Assembly: GCA_002269645.1 (NCBI GenBank)
Contig: NIVC01000059.1
Location: 1,178,001-1,242,000 of the forward strand
Reading direction: 5' to 3'
Source: Macrostomum lignano
Taxonomy: Eukaryota
Length of the DNA: 64,000 bases
The position numbers and the translations under genes were made by a program. The notes beneath the pieces were generated by a model. The model was given only the letters and a program-made list of their open reading frames with translations. It ran no database searches and was not told the DNA's origin. Shown piece by piece: positions 24,722 through 34,290 of this stretch. How positions within the stretch are numbered: position 1 is the stretch's first letter; the number at the start of each line of letters is the position of its first letter.

Positions 24722-24935
24722 GATTGTATCATAGGGGTTAGAGCGACTTGAAGGTCGGGGGTTCGATTCCCGATGCCCACTGAAACAATTTGTGTTTGTT
24801 GAGCAAGACACTTAACTCTGCATTGCTTCAGTTCACCCAGCTGTAAAATGGGTGCCAGCATTAGCTGTGGTAATTGGGGTGTGTGTGGCGACCCCCCAGT
24901 CCTTGGGATTGTAATCTATTATTATTATTGTTATT
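24722..24935 (+). mobile_element. tRNA-derived SINE copy 1 (Meta-domain-like)
   Basis: Box B GGTTCGATTCC at 24760-24770, an A-box-like TAGGGGTTAGAGCG, AGCAAGACACTTAACTCT at 24802-24819, CAGCTGTAAAATGGGTGCCAGC and a (TTA)n tail. A second copy lies at 33960-34220. Confidence 0.7.
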
Positions 24936-25289
24936 TAGGGTTGGCTATTAAATTGATTGGCTCTCTCACTCTCTCACTAAATTGCTTGCTCTTGGGTTTA
25001 ATTGGATTGCTATATTTTGCATGCCATTATTGTTTGCAAATATTGCGTCAAGTGTCTCATTATGTCCTACAATTTAATTATACCTTTTAAGCAACAGCTG
25101 CCAAATTCTATGTTTGGGAATTAAATATATATATCACGTTTTGTGTGCCTATTAGTGGTCACAACCGACAGTTTTCACGTGTTTTTTGTCTGTCTGTCTG
25201 CTTGTGCCAATACATCATTCGATGGCAAAACAAATTGTGTTAATCAGCTTTCCTTACTGTTTTTTATTTGCTTGCTAACATATATAACT

Positions 25290-26200
25290 GTAGGTTAATG
25301 TCAGTTTGTCTGGATTGTAAATAGAGGTTAATGGCAGTTTGTCAGGATTATAAACAGTAGGTTAATGTCAGTTTGTCAGGATTATAAACAGTAGGTTAAT
25401 GTCAGTTTGTCAGGATTATAAACAGTAGGTTTATGTCAGTTTGTCAGGATTATAAACAGTAGGTTAATGTCAGTTTGTCAGGATTATAAACAGTAGGTTA
25501 ATGTCAGTTTGTCAGGATTATAAACAGTAGGTTAATGTCAGTTTGTCAGGATTGTAAATAGTAGGTTAATGTCAGTTTGTCTGGATTATAAATAGTAGGT
25601 TAATGTCAGTTTGTCTGGATTGTAAATAGTAGGTTAATGTCAGTTTGTCTGGATTGTAAATAGTAGGTTAATGTCAGTTTGTCTGGATTGTAAATAGTAG
25701 GTTAATGTCAGTTTGTCTGGATTGTAAATAGTAGGTTAATGTCAGTTTGTCAGGATTATAAACAGTAGGTTAATGTCAGTTTGTCAGGATTATAAAAAGT
25801 AGGTTAATGTCAGTTTGTCAGGATTATAAACAGTAGGTTAATGTCAGTTTGTCAGGATTATAAAAAAGTAGGTTAATGTCAGTTTGTCAGGATTATAAAC
25901 AGTAGGTTAATGTCAGTTTGTCAGGATTATAAACAGTAGGTTAATGTCAGTTTGTCAGGATTATAAACAGTAGGTTAATGTCAGTTTGTCAGGATTATAA
26001 AAAGTAGGTTAATGTCAGTTTGTCAGGATTATAAACAGTAGGTTAATGTCAGTTTGTCAGGATTATAAACAGTAGGTTAACGTCAGTTTGTCAGGATTGT
26101 AAACAGTAGGTTAATGTCAGTTTGTCAGGATTATTATAAACAGTAGGTTAATGTCAGTTTTTCTGGATTGTGAATAGTAGGTTGATGTCAGTTTGTCTTA
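25290..26200. repeat. 34-bp minisatellite (GTAGGTTAATGTCAGTTTGTCAGGATTATAAACA)
   Basis: About 26 copies between the convergent quaking and unknown genes. Confidence 0.95.
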
Positions 26201-26689
26201 TTGATTAATTGTGTGTAATAAATTATGTAAATTTTGTCTAGTGCAGGTAAATAAACGTCAAGAAACAAAATTGTGGCCATTTAGTGCTGCAAAAGCTGAT
26301 TATATTATTAAGTAAAGCAATAATGAAATAAAGGACTTTTTTGAAGCAGCTGGACAATACAGTGTAACAAATTTCAAGTTTTCCGTAGACTAAAACAGAT
26401 TGGACATTATTTATCAACTCTAGAATGCTTTGTTTAAAGTAATATCAGTGCTAAAAACGCATTGGTTATTTGATTAAAGGCTACTAAAATGAATGCAGTT
26501 ACAGTATAAAATTATTAAGTACAGCTTGGGGTCGCATTTAATTGTTTTTTAAAATATCAACTAGCTAAGGTACTGTAAAAGCTAAACAGTGAATTCTAAA
26601 AGCTAATTTTGCTACTATTGAAGCTAGTAGAGTCTTCTAACGGGTAATTCAGTATGAAGAACACTTCCATTTCGTCAGGCTAGACTAAA

Positions 26690-27220
26690 GGCCATATCGA
26701 CAATTGCAACCCAGTCTATTTGAGGCCATAGACAATTGCATTCAGTCTATACTTTAGGCCATAGACAATTGCACTTCAGTCTATACTTGAGGCCATAGAC
26801 AATTGCATTCAGTCTATACTTACGGCCATAGACAATTGCACTTCAATCTAGACTTCAGGCCATAGAAAATTGCAATTCAGTCTAGACTTGGGGCCATAGA
26901 CAATTGCATTCAGTCTAGACTTGAGGCCATAGACAATTGAATTCAGTGTTCAGTCTATACTTACGGCCATAGACAATTGCACTTCAATCTAGACTTGAGG
27001 CCATAGAAATTGCATTTCAATCTAGACTTGAGGCCATAGACAATTGCACTTCAATCTAGACTTGAGGCCATAGACAATTGCACTTCAGTCTAGACTTGAG
27101 GCCATGGACAATTTCATTTCAGTCTAGACTTGAGGTCATAAACAATTTCGATTCCGACTAGACTTGAGGCCATAGATAATTGCACTTCAGTCTAGACTGA
27201 AGTGAGGCCATAGACAAACA
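26690..27220. repeat. ~33-bp minisatellite (GGCCATAGACAATTGCACTTCAGTCTAGACTTGA)
   Basis: About 15 degenerate copies. Confidence 0.92.
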
Positions 27221-27411
27221 TCGCGATTTGCGCTTAATATTATATCACCCGTTGTTGTAAATATGCGAGTATTACATGTAGAGAATGAACGCCAAAATCG
27301 AAAGTATTTGTATGTACCGTATAATATAGAGTTGAGAAAAAAGGCATTTTTAGCTAAGTTGCAATAGCAGCGAAATTCAAAGCGGGTTTTCTTTGTTAGA
27401 AAATATTTTAT

Positions 27412-27760
27412 TCAAACTGCGGCCATCACTGACGAAAGTAGTTCGGGTCGTGGCGGCTTCGAGTGATGAGGCGCCTGATGCGGCCGCGCAACTCGGAGAC
27501 TGGGGGCCCGCCGCCCGGTAGAAGACCCTGGCTGTAGCCCTGCGGACCGGATGAGGGGTACCTTCCAGTATGGCTGTCTGTCTGTCTGTCTCTGTCTGTC
27601 TGTCTGTCTCTGTCTGTCTGTTTCTCTGTCTGTCTGTCTGTCCGCCTGTCTCTGTCTCTCTGTCTGTCTCTGTCTGTCCGTCTGTCTCTGTCTGTCTGTA
27701 TGTGTCTGTCTCTCTATCTCTCTGTCTGTCTGTCTGTCTCTCTGTCTGTCTGTCTGTCTC

Positions 27761-27791
<31 letters not shown>

Positions 27792-29027
27792 GTCTGTCTG
27801 TCTCTCTGTCTGTCTCTCTGTCTGTCTGTTTGTCTGTCTGTCCGTCTGTCTGTCTGTCTCTCTGTGTCTCTCTGTCTGTCTGTTTGTCTGTCTGTCCGTC
27901 TGTCTGTCTGTCTGTCTATCTGTCTGTCTGTCTGTCTGTGTCTGTCTGTCCGAACGGCAGGGAGACAGACCTTGACTGCGTAGTTGTTCGAGTTCGAATA
28001 GTCGGCCGAGCAGCGGCGGCCAGGGTTGAGGTTTCTCTCCAGCTCCGGCATCCTGATTAAAAAATGGAGTGAGACTGGTTGAATACAATGGCACTATATA
28101 GTGTTGAAATAGAAAAGGCTTAACCCAAACTTACCTGGAAACCAGTTCCAGGTACTTGTCGTTGATCCTCTCGTCCACAGACGATTGGGGATTGAGGTCC
28201 ACCCCGGTGTACCTGTCCATCATCAGCTTGTGCTGAAGAACCTTCTCGTTGACGTCGCGAAGTCGATTCTTCATGTTGGTGAAATTTTCAGCCGACGGCA
28301 TCTCGTAGCTAACCAGAGAGTCCAGGTGGCGCTGAAATTAAATTCGAATGCGCATGCGTTATAGACTACTGAGTGAACTAAAATGAGTAGCAAGTATGGC
28401 ATCCTATTATATGAAATTAATAAAAAAATTTTCCTAATTATTAGTAGCAGAATGGGTATTGTATTTTAAGCAATTTCTTAAAAAATGGCCTAATTTTTGC
28501 ACAACAACAACAATTTTTTCGATTTTAACAAGCTTGTTTTAATTTTACCTCGATACGTCTACGCTCGGCGCTGTTCGGCAAAACGCCGTCTCCAAGGACG
28601 CCGCCACCGCCGCCTCCGGGCCTTCTCGGCAGTGGGATGTTGCGAATGCGAACCTATGTGTTTTTTATGTACAAGTATGTATAGTATGTATGCATACATA
28701 CATGTAATATTAATTAAATTCAGAGCTTCGATCGTTTACAATCAGATGTACGGAGAGAGTAAACCAATCAACTTACCTGCACGCCTGACCCAGCGTAGGC
28801 ATGATTTATAGCTCTGGTGGTGGCTGGCGAGTAGCCGCTCTGAATTAACATTTTTTTTTATTATTATTAATTTAATGAATATACCGGCATACAGTAATTT
28901 TACTTTGATGAGGAACATTTTAATGTTCACTCACCTGTCCGAACTCGTTAACACCGGAGCCGCCGCTCACGCTGGACCTTCGAAGCACCTTGCGGCAGCC
29001 GTCCAGCGCGCTCTGCGTGTCGTGAAT
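27412..29027 (-). CDS. Unidentified spliced protein, 3' part; exons 29027-28935, 28839-28777, 28653-28549, 28331-28135, 28052-27971, 27573-27412
   Basis: Canonical splice sites with consistent phases (0,0,0,2,0). Translation: [20 protein letters not shown]...|[21 protein letters not shown]|[11 protein letters not shown]...|[43 protein letters not shown]...[12 protein letters not shown]|[11 protein letters not shown]...NNYAVK|PYWKVP. No family recognised, and the frame of the last exon is uncertain. Confidence 0.65.
27575..27950. repeat. (TCTG)n microsatellite filling the last intron of the unknown gene
   Basis: Directly visible. Confidence 0.95.
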
Positions 29028-29463
29028 CTGCGGAGCCGATATGTATCGAAAATTAATATAAATATATGGACATGCATATTGAATCTTTTGTGCCGATATG
29101 TATTGAAAATACATAAAAATTACGTTCTGGCTAAACATTGTTATTTTAATATCACAGACTTTTATGGTAAATTTCCTGTTCAAACTTCAGGCATGGGTTC
29201 AATTACTTCTTGCCAAGAATCCAATATTTGAAGTTAATCTGCTGAAGCCAATAATAAAATAAAGTATTTCTTTTCTAAAAAATTTTTCGATAAGCATGTA
29301 ATCTCCTTTTGCGTTTAATTTTGCGAAAACGGACAAATTAAGACGCGACCATGCGCATTTCAATTACTTTTAGTAGCAAGTAGCGCGTTTTATTGTTAAA
29401 CTATTGGAATAAATAAAAGCGAACTAAATAATGATGTTCAGTATAGCGGCAGGATTCAATCAA

Positions 29464-30729
29464 CTACAGCTCGTCTCGAACAGTTTTATGAATCGAGTTC
29501 AAGAACAGGGCCAGCTTGTCGAGAGTCTGGGCTGGCAGCTTCATCAGAGCGTCCTTCGTCAGCACTTGCTTCTTTTCGCTCTGTAACAATTGCTGAAATG
29601 CTCTCTTGGTTCCAATACTGCGACTGTCGCCTGCCGCCTTGGCAATGGCTTTCTCGTAGTTTCTCTGGAACACAGGAAAGGTCAGGCCGCCATCCTTGCC
29701 AACCCAGCTTAGCAACAGACTGCGCAGTGATTCGGCGTCCAGTTTCTCGTTCTTCAACTGCGAATAGCCGTCCTTGATAGTCCAGACCAGGTCGAACTGG
29801 TCCAGGCCTCGCACTGCTTTGCTCAGCGCGCGACAGTCGCCCAGATTTTTGTCCTCAACTGGCCGGAACAGAAAAGTGTAGGACAGGCTGCGGCCGTACG
29901 AACGCACCTGGTGGAGGTGACCGGCCGGGATGAACAGACAATCTCCCGGCAGCAGTGTGGTGTACCGCCATGGCGTCTTCTCCACGTCTGGACTGTCGAA
30001 CATGTTCACCATGTCGACATCGATTGTGGAAGCTCCGTTGCCGCTTCCCGGCGGCTGTTCGACGCACTTCAAATTGTCCTTGTACTTGGGCTCGATCAGG
30101 ATGAAGTCCTTGCGACCGTCGGCCATGCAGTGCAGCTGGTGCTCTCTGTGGTAGTGCAGCAGACTGCCTGTGCCGCCTGACGACATCCACATCTCCGCCT
30201 CAGTGATCTGCCGGCTGACTGGGCCGCACTGGGCCACGCGCGGCACCGTGAAGCCGGCCTCCATCTCGGCTGGAATCAGCGACGCCATGTACAAATCCTC
30301 GAATTTGTACCTGTCTAGAAATCGTTCCAGCGTCATCACTTCAACTTGACCTTTGATGATCTCTTTCTTGTGCGTCACGGTGACCTTGTGCTGGCCGAAG
30401 TGACGCTTGAGATACTCGTCGGTCCAACGGTCCATCATCGGCGAGGACTTGTCAATGGCGTCTCTGAGCACTAGCGGCTTGAGGCGGAGCACGTACTCGG
30501 CGTAAAACTCCACGGGGCTGGGCAGACGGCTCGCCACCTTGATGGGGCCGTCGGCGTGGCGCTGGTAGCCCAGAGATCGAAGGTGACCAGCGGGCAGTTC
30601 CGGGTGCTTCCAGATCACGGGCGGGAACACCGTGTCCATGGCGTGATCCTTCTCAAACAGCGGATGTTTCTCGCCGTTGCTGAATTCTGCTACTAGAAGC
30701 AGCAAAACTAGAAACATATTCGACTGCAT
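29464..30729 (-). CDS. Intronless JmjC/cupin-8 protein, ~421 aa, with signal peptide and C-terminal RDEL (putative ER-luminal, JMJD8/JMJD5-like)
   Basis: JmjN-like PSPVEFYAEYVLRLKPLVLR and WTDEYL segments; JmjC core WMSSGGTGSLLHYH...GRKDFILI...LLPGDCLFIPAGHLHQVRS; hydrophobic MFLVLLLLVAEFSNG N-terminus; ends KTVRDEL*. The likely start is ATG 30729, 14 nt after the acceptor TTTGCAG at 30744. Confidence 0.9.
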   Translation of the reverse strand: MQSNMFLVLLLLVAEFSNGEKHPLFEKDHAMDTVFPPVIWKHPELPAGHLRSLGYQRHADGPIKVASRLPSPVEFYAEYVLRLKPLVLRDAIDKSSPMMDRWTDEYLKRHFGQHKVTVTHKKEIIKGQVEVMTLERFLDRYKFEDLYMASLIPAEMEAGFTVPRVAQCGPVSRQITEAEMWMSSGGTGSLLHYHREHQLHCMADGRKDFILIEPKYKDNLKCVEQPPGSGNGASTIDVDMVNMFDSPDVEKTPWRYTTLLPGDCLFIPAGHLHQVRSYGRSLSYTFLFRPVEDKNLGDCRALSKAVRGLDQFDLVWTIKDGYSQLKNEKLDAESLRSLLLSWVGKDGGLTFPVFQRNYEKAIAKAAGDSRSIGTKRAFQQLLQSEKKQVLTKDALMKLPAQTLDKLALFLNSIHKTVRDEL

Positions 30730-31159
30730 TTCTGTATGAGGTGCTGCAAAGCGAAGATTTCTCAAAGGAATTGTTGATCGGATTCCTTTGCTGCTCTGCA
30801 TTTTCAACTGAACCCGCAACCTCCCCTTCCAGGTGGACACGTGGCACAGATCGTTGCTGACTGGGCAGGGGTCTCTGTCTTTCTCTCGGCAGTCTTACGC
30901 AGAGGATTAAGGATTAGATTTCGTCAGCTGTTGCAGCCAAGCCGCCCCCCAAAAACCTTGAGAGGAATTAAGGTAGAGAGAGAGCTGCAGAGAGTAAGCG
31001 AGGTCTCCAGGGAGCAAGACAGACCGAGCGCCACGTCAGCTATGCAGCTATAAGAAATTGGGGGGCGCGAGCCCTGTGTCTGGAAATTCATGGTCAGTCA
31101 GTGCTCTGGTGCTCATCGCCACCTCTGCTCTGTCTTCTCTGTTGCTATGCCCTCTCATC

Positions 31160-31630
31160 AGCAACTGTTTCTGACATTCACCTCCACCTCCCTCTCCTCC
31201 TCTCTCGTTCTATCTCCCTCCTCCTCTCACTCTCCCTCTCTCCCTCCTCCTCTCACTCTCCCTCTCTCCCTCCTCCTCTCACTCTCCCTCTCTCCCTCTC
31301 TGTCTACCTCTCGCTCCCTATCTCTCCCTATCTCTCCCTCCCTGTCTACCTCCCGCTCCTTATCTCTCCATCTCTCCCTCTCTGTCTACCTCTCGCTCCC
31401 TATCTCTCCCTCTCTGTCTACCTCTCGCTCCCTATCTCTCCCTCTCTCCCTCTCTGTCTACCTCCCGCTCTCTATCTCTCCATCTCTCCCTCTCTGTCTA
31501 CCTCTCGCTCCCTACCTCTCCCTCTCTCCCTCCCTGTCTACCTCTCGCTCCCTATCTCTCCCTCTCTCCTTCTCTATCTACCTTTCGCTCTCTTTATCAC
31601 TCCCTCTCCTTCTATTCCTCTTCTTCTCAA
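31160..31630. repeat. CT-rich degenerate tandem repeat
   Basis: Directly visible. Confidence 0.9.
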
Positions 31631-31635
31631 CTCAC

Positions 31636-32471
31636 AGCGCTTCTCGTCACAGACGAGGCTCTCAGATGCGAAGTGGGCAGGTAATAAAAATTAGCCGTGT
31701 TGGCGTCGTACGGGCTTGGCGAAGCGAACCGCTGGACAGAGCCCGCCCGCTGCGGCGGCAGAGATGACGCTCGATTGTACATCACGAATGGCGACTGGGA
31801 TTGCCTCTGTTTTGGGTTGGTGGTTCGGGGTGAATCAGGATCTGATTCGTCTCTCATTTGCCAATTTTACAATTAAAACCCAACAGAGAAACAGAGAAAC
31901 TTTATGCTCTCTAGCATAGCGCCAAAACTATAATTTGAATTGACGCCAAAGCTAAAGTTTAAATTGGCGCCAAAACTATAATTTAAATTGGCGCTAAAAC
32001 TACAATTTTAATTGGCACTAAAGTATATCTCAAAATGGCGCAAATATTTTTAAAAAGAGTAATTATAATTGAATAAACTAACCAAAATGTGATCAACCGA
32101 AGATAACAGATGGTTATCCTTCAGCCTCGAGGAGCGCTGTATGTCCTCCGCTTCCTGTAGCATTTAATCACGACGGTAACTATGGTAACTAGATATACAC
32201 GATAGATAGCCTTTCTTATAAGCTTATAGTCGATGAATTAGTTTTACCTGTTCAAGCTGGCCGACACCACTAAGACTGGCGCTGCGATAGTTCCTGCTAT
32301 CCTGCGGTAAAATAAAGTTTGTTACTTGTAGATTTCGAATATTATATATTCGATCAGGTATTTGTCATATACACTTCCAGTGAGGTTAAGAATGCCAGTG
32401 TTTACCTGATCCACTGGCTCCCCTAGAACGGTGACCGCGCGAAGCACCACCATAGAGACGAGAGGATCGAA
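31636..32471 (-). CDS. Putative upstream exons of the unknown gene: 32471-32406, 32301-32248, 32154-32083, 31806-31636
   Basis: Each exon is bounded by AG and GT (GTAAAC, GTAAAA, GTTAGT, GTGAGT). Lengths are 66/54/72/171 nt, all phase 0 and stop-free: FDPLVSMVVLRAVTVLGEPVDQ|DSRNYRSASLSGVGQLEQ|EAEDIQRSSRL...|RQSQSPFVMYNRASSLPP...RASSVTRSA. Sites were partly chosen for frame consistency, and no start codon was found. Confidence 0.42.
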
Positions 32472-32799
32472 CTTGCGCTTTACAGGGTGGGGGGGGACCT
32501 TAGTGTAGGGGATGCTGTGGGTGGCGCGGGTTTAAAGCTGGGGGGCCGGGGTGGATTGGGCGAGGGAGAACGCTGGCTGAAATGCAGGGATGCTGGGGGC
32601 GGTGAGGGAAGGCCGGCTGAACACAAGCCGCCAGAGTGGATCGATAGTCGGGCTTCGAATAGGGGACCTCTGGAACTGCCCACTCTGGACTGGGGCTGGA
32701 ACTGCGGTCTCTGACAGTTTTGAATTGGCTAGAACAGTATAAGGGTTGTAGGTAGGCTTCAAATACCTACCTAGGTTTCAAAACGCATAGGCTTTTAAT

Positions 32800-33390
32800 A
32801 GTGCCCCTCTCTCTCCCCCTCTATATCTCTCCCTCTCTTTCCATCTCTCCCTCTCCGTCCCTCCTCTATCGCTCCCTCCCTCTCTTTATCTCTCCCTCTA
32901 TCCCTCTCTCCCTCTCCATCTCTCCGACTCTATCTCTCCCCCTCTTCCTCTCCCTCTTTATCTCTTCCTCTATCTCCCCCTCTCTCCCCCTCTCTCTCTA
33001 TCTCCCCCTCTCTCCCCCCCTCTCTCTCACTCTCTCTGTCTCTCTCTCCCTCTCTCCCTCTCCATCTCTCCCCTTTTTCCCTCCCACTCCCTCTCTCCCT
33101 CTTTATCTCTACCTCTATCTCTCCCTCTATCTCTCCCTCTATCTCTCCCTCTATCTCTCCCTCTATCTCTCCCTCTATCTCTCCCTCTCTATTCCTCCTT
33201 CTCTATCTCCCCCTCTCCCTCTCCATCTCTCCCCCCTCTCTCTCTCTCCCTCTCCCTCTCTCTCTATCACCCCTCTCTATCTCTTACTCTCTCTCCCTCT
33301 CTCTCTCTCGCTCTCTCTCTATCTCTCCCTCTCTCTCTATCTCTCCCTCTCTCTCTCTCTCTACATTGCTATCTCTATCTCTCTATCTTA
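32800..33390. repeat. CT-rich microsatellite tract
   Basis: Directly visible. Confidence 0.92.
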
Positions 33391-33959
33391 TTCGTTTTGT
33401 TTCCAATCCAAGTGTTCAATTCGATTAGGTAGTCCTGGGCTGGGTGACTCGACAGTTCTATTTTTATAACCATTATTTGGACTGGACCGGACCGTCGGCG
33501 AGTGAAACACTTTGCGCTGTGCCGTGTTGCGGCAGCGGCGGTCCACACTGGCAAACCCCCCCCCCCCTGTACATCCTCTCTCAGATCCCAGCTTACTAGC
33601 TAAGCTTCCACACGGTAGGAATGCCAAAAAATAACCATATTTGGCAATGCCTACCAAGGTTAAGACCAGTTCAGTCTAGGCTGGCCCGGGGGGCTGGAGG
33701 AAGAAAATCTTTCCTAGAAATACAGGTACGAGCGTGCATCCTCGCAGCTGGAACTGTCATGCGTCTTGGCAGGAACGCACGCGCTAGGAGTGATGTACAC
33801 GCATGTACACACTTGCTTTTATCTTGCTGCCCGGCTGGTTAATACTACTGCAGACGTTTTCTAACTTTGACCTTTCTTTTTGTAGCAAAATATCCCAGCA
33901 ACGAAAAATATGTGAAGCCAAGCCAACACAGGCTTTTTTCTTTGGCTTCAAAAATTGCA

Positions 33960-34220
33960 CAGGCCGGGGGTTCGATTCCCTAACCCAATTCGGAAGAATT
34001 TGTGTCCTTTAGCAAGACACTTAACTCTCCAAGCTGTAAAATAGGTAGCCAGCATTAGCTGGGGTAATTGAGGGTGTGTGTGGCAACCCCCCCCCAGTCT
34101 ATGGACTGAACAGCCGTACGCAGCCTTCAGATGCGCCGCACAATAGCTGCGGCTGAGCTGTCGGTTGCACATCTGGCCCAGTTGAGGCAGGTGTATTCAG
34201 TTATTGTTATTATTAATATT
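33960..34220 (+). mobile_element. tRNA-derived SINE copy 2
   Basis: GGTTCGATTCC at 33969-33979, AGCAAGACACTTAACTCT at 34011-34028 and GCTGTAAAAT-GGT-GCCAGCATTAGCTG-GGTAATTG-GG-GTGTGTGGC are shared with the copy at 24722, and an (ATT)-rich tail follows. Confidence 0.7.
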
Positions 34221-34290
34221 ATTATATGGGAAAGCAAGTTGAAGCTGTGCGATTCAAAATTTCTTGTGTGCATTTGAGAACTTTATTTCA

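Noticed and set aside
24740-24780. GGTTCGATTCC as a possible tRNA gene (also 33969)
   Set aside because: No cloverleaf could be folded, and the downstream sequence is shared between the two copies, as expected for SINEs.
30730-30840. ORF-track start of the JmjC protein at GTG 30840
   Set aside because: The extension precedes a good signal peptide and contains a splice acceptor; ATG 30729 (or 30717) is preferred.
32520-33660. Further possible exons of the unknown gene near 32.55-32.71 kb and 33.47-33.57 kb
   Set aside because: They look GC-rich and partly protein-like, but no phase-consistent donor/acceptor set could be found.
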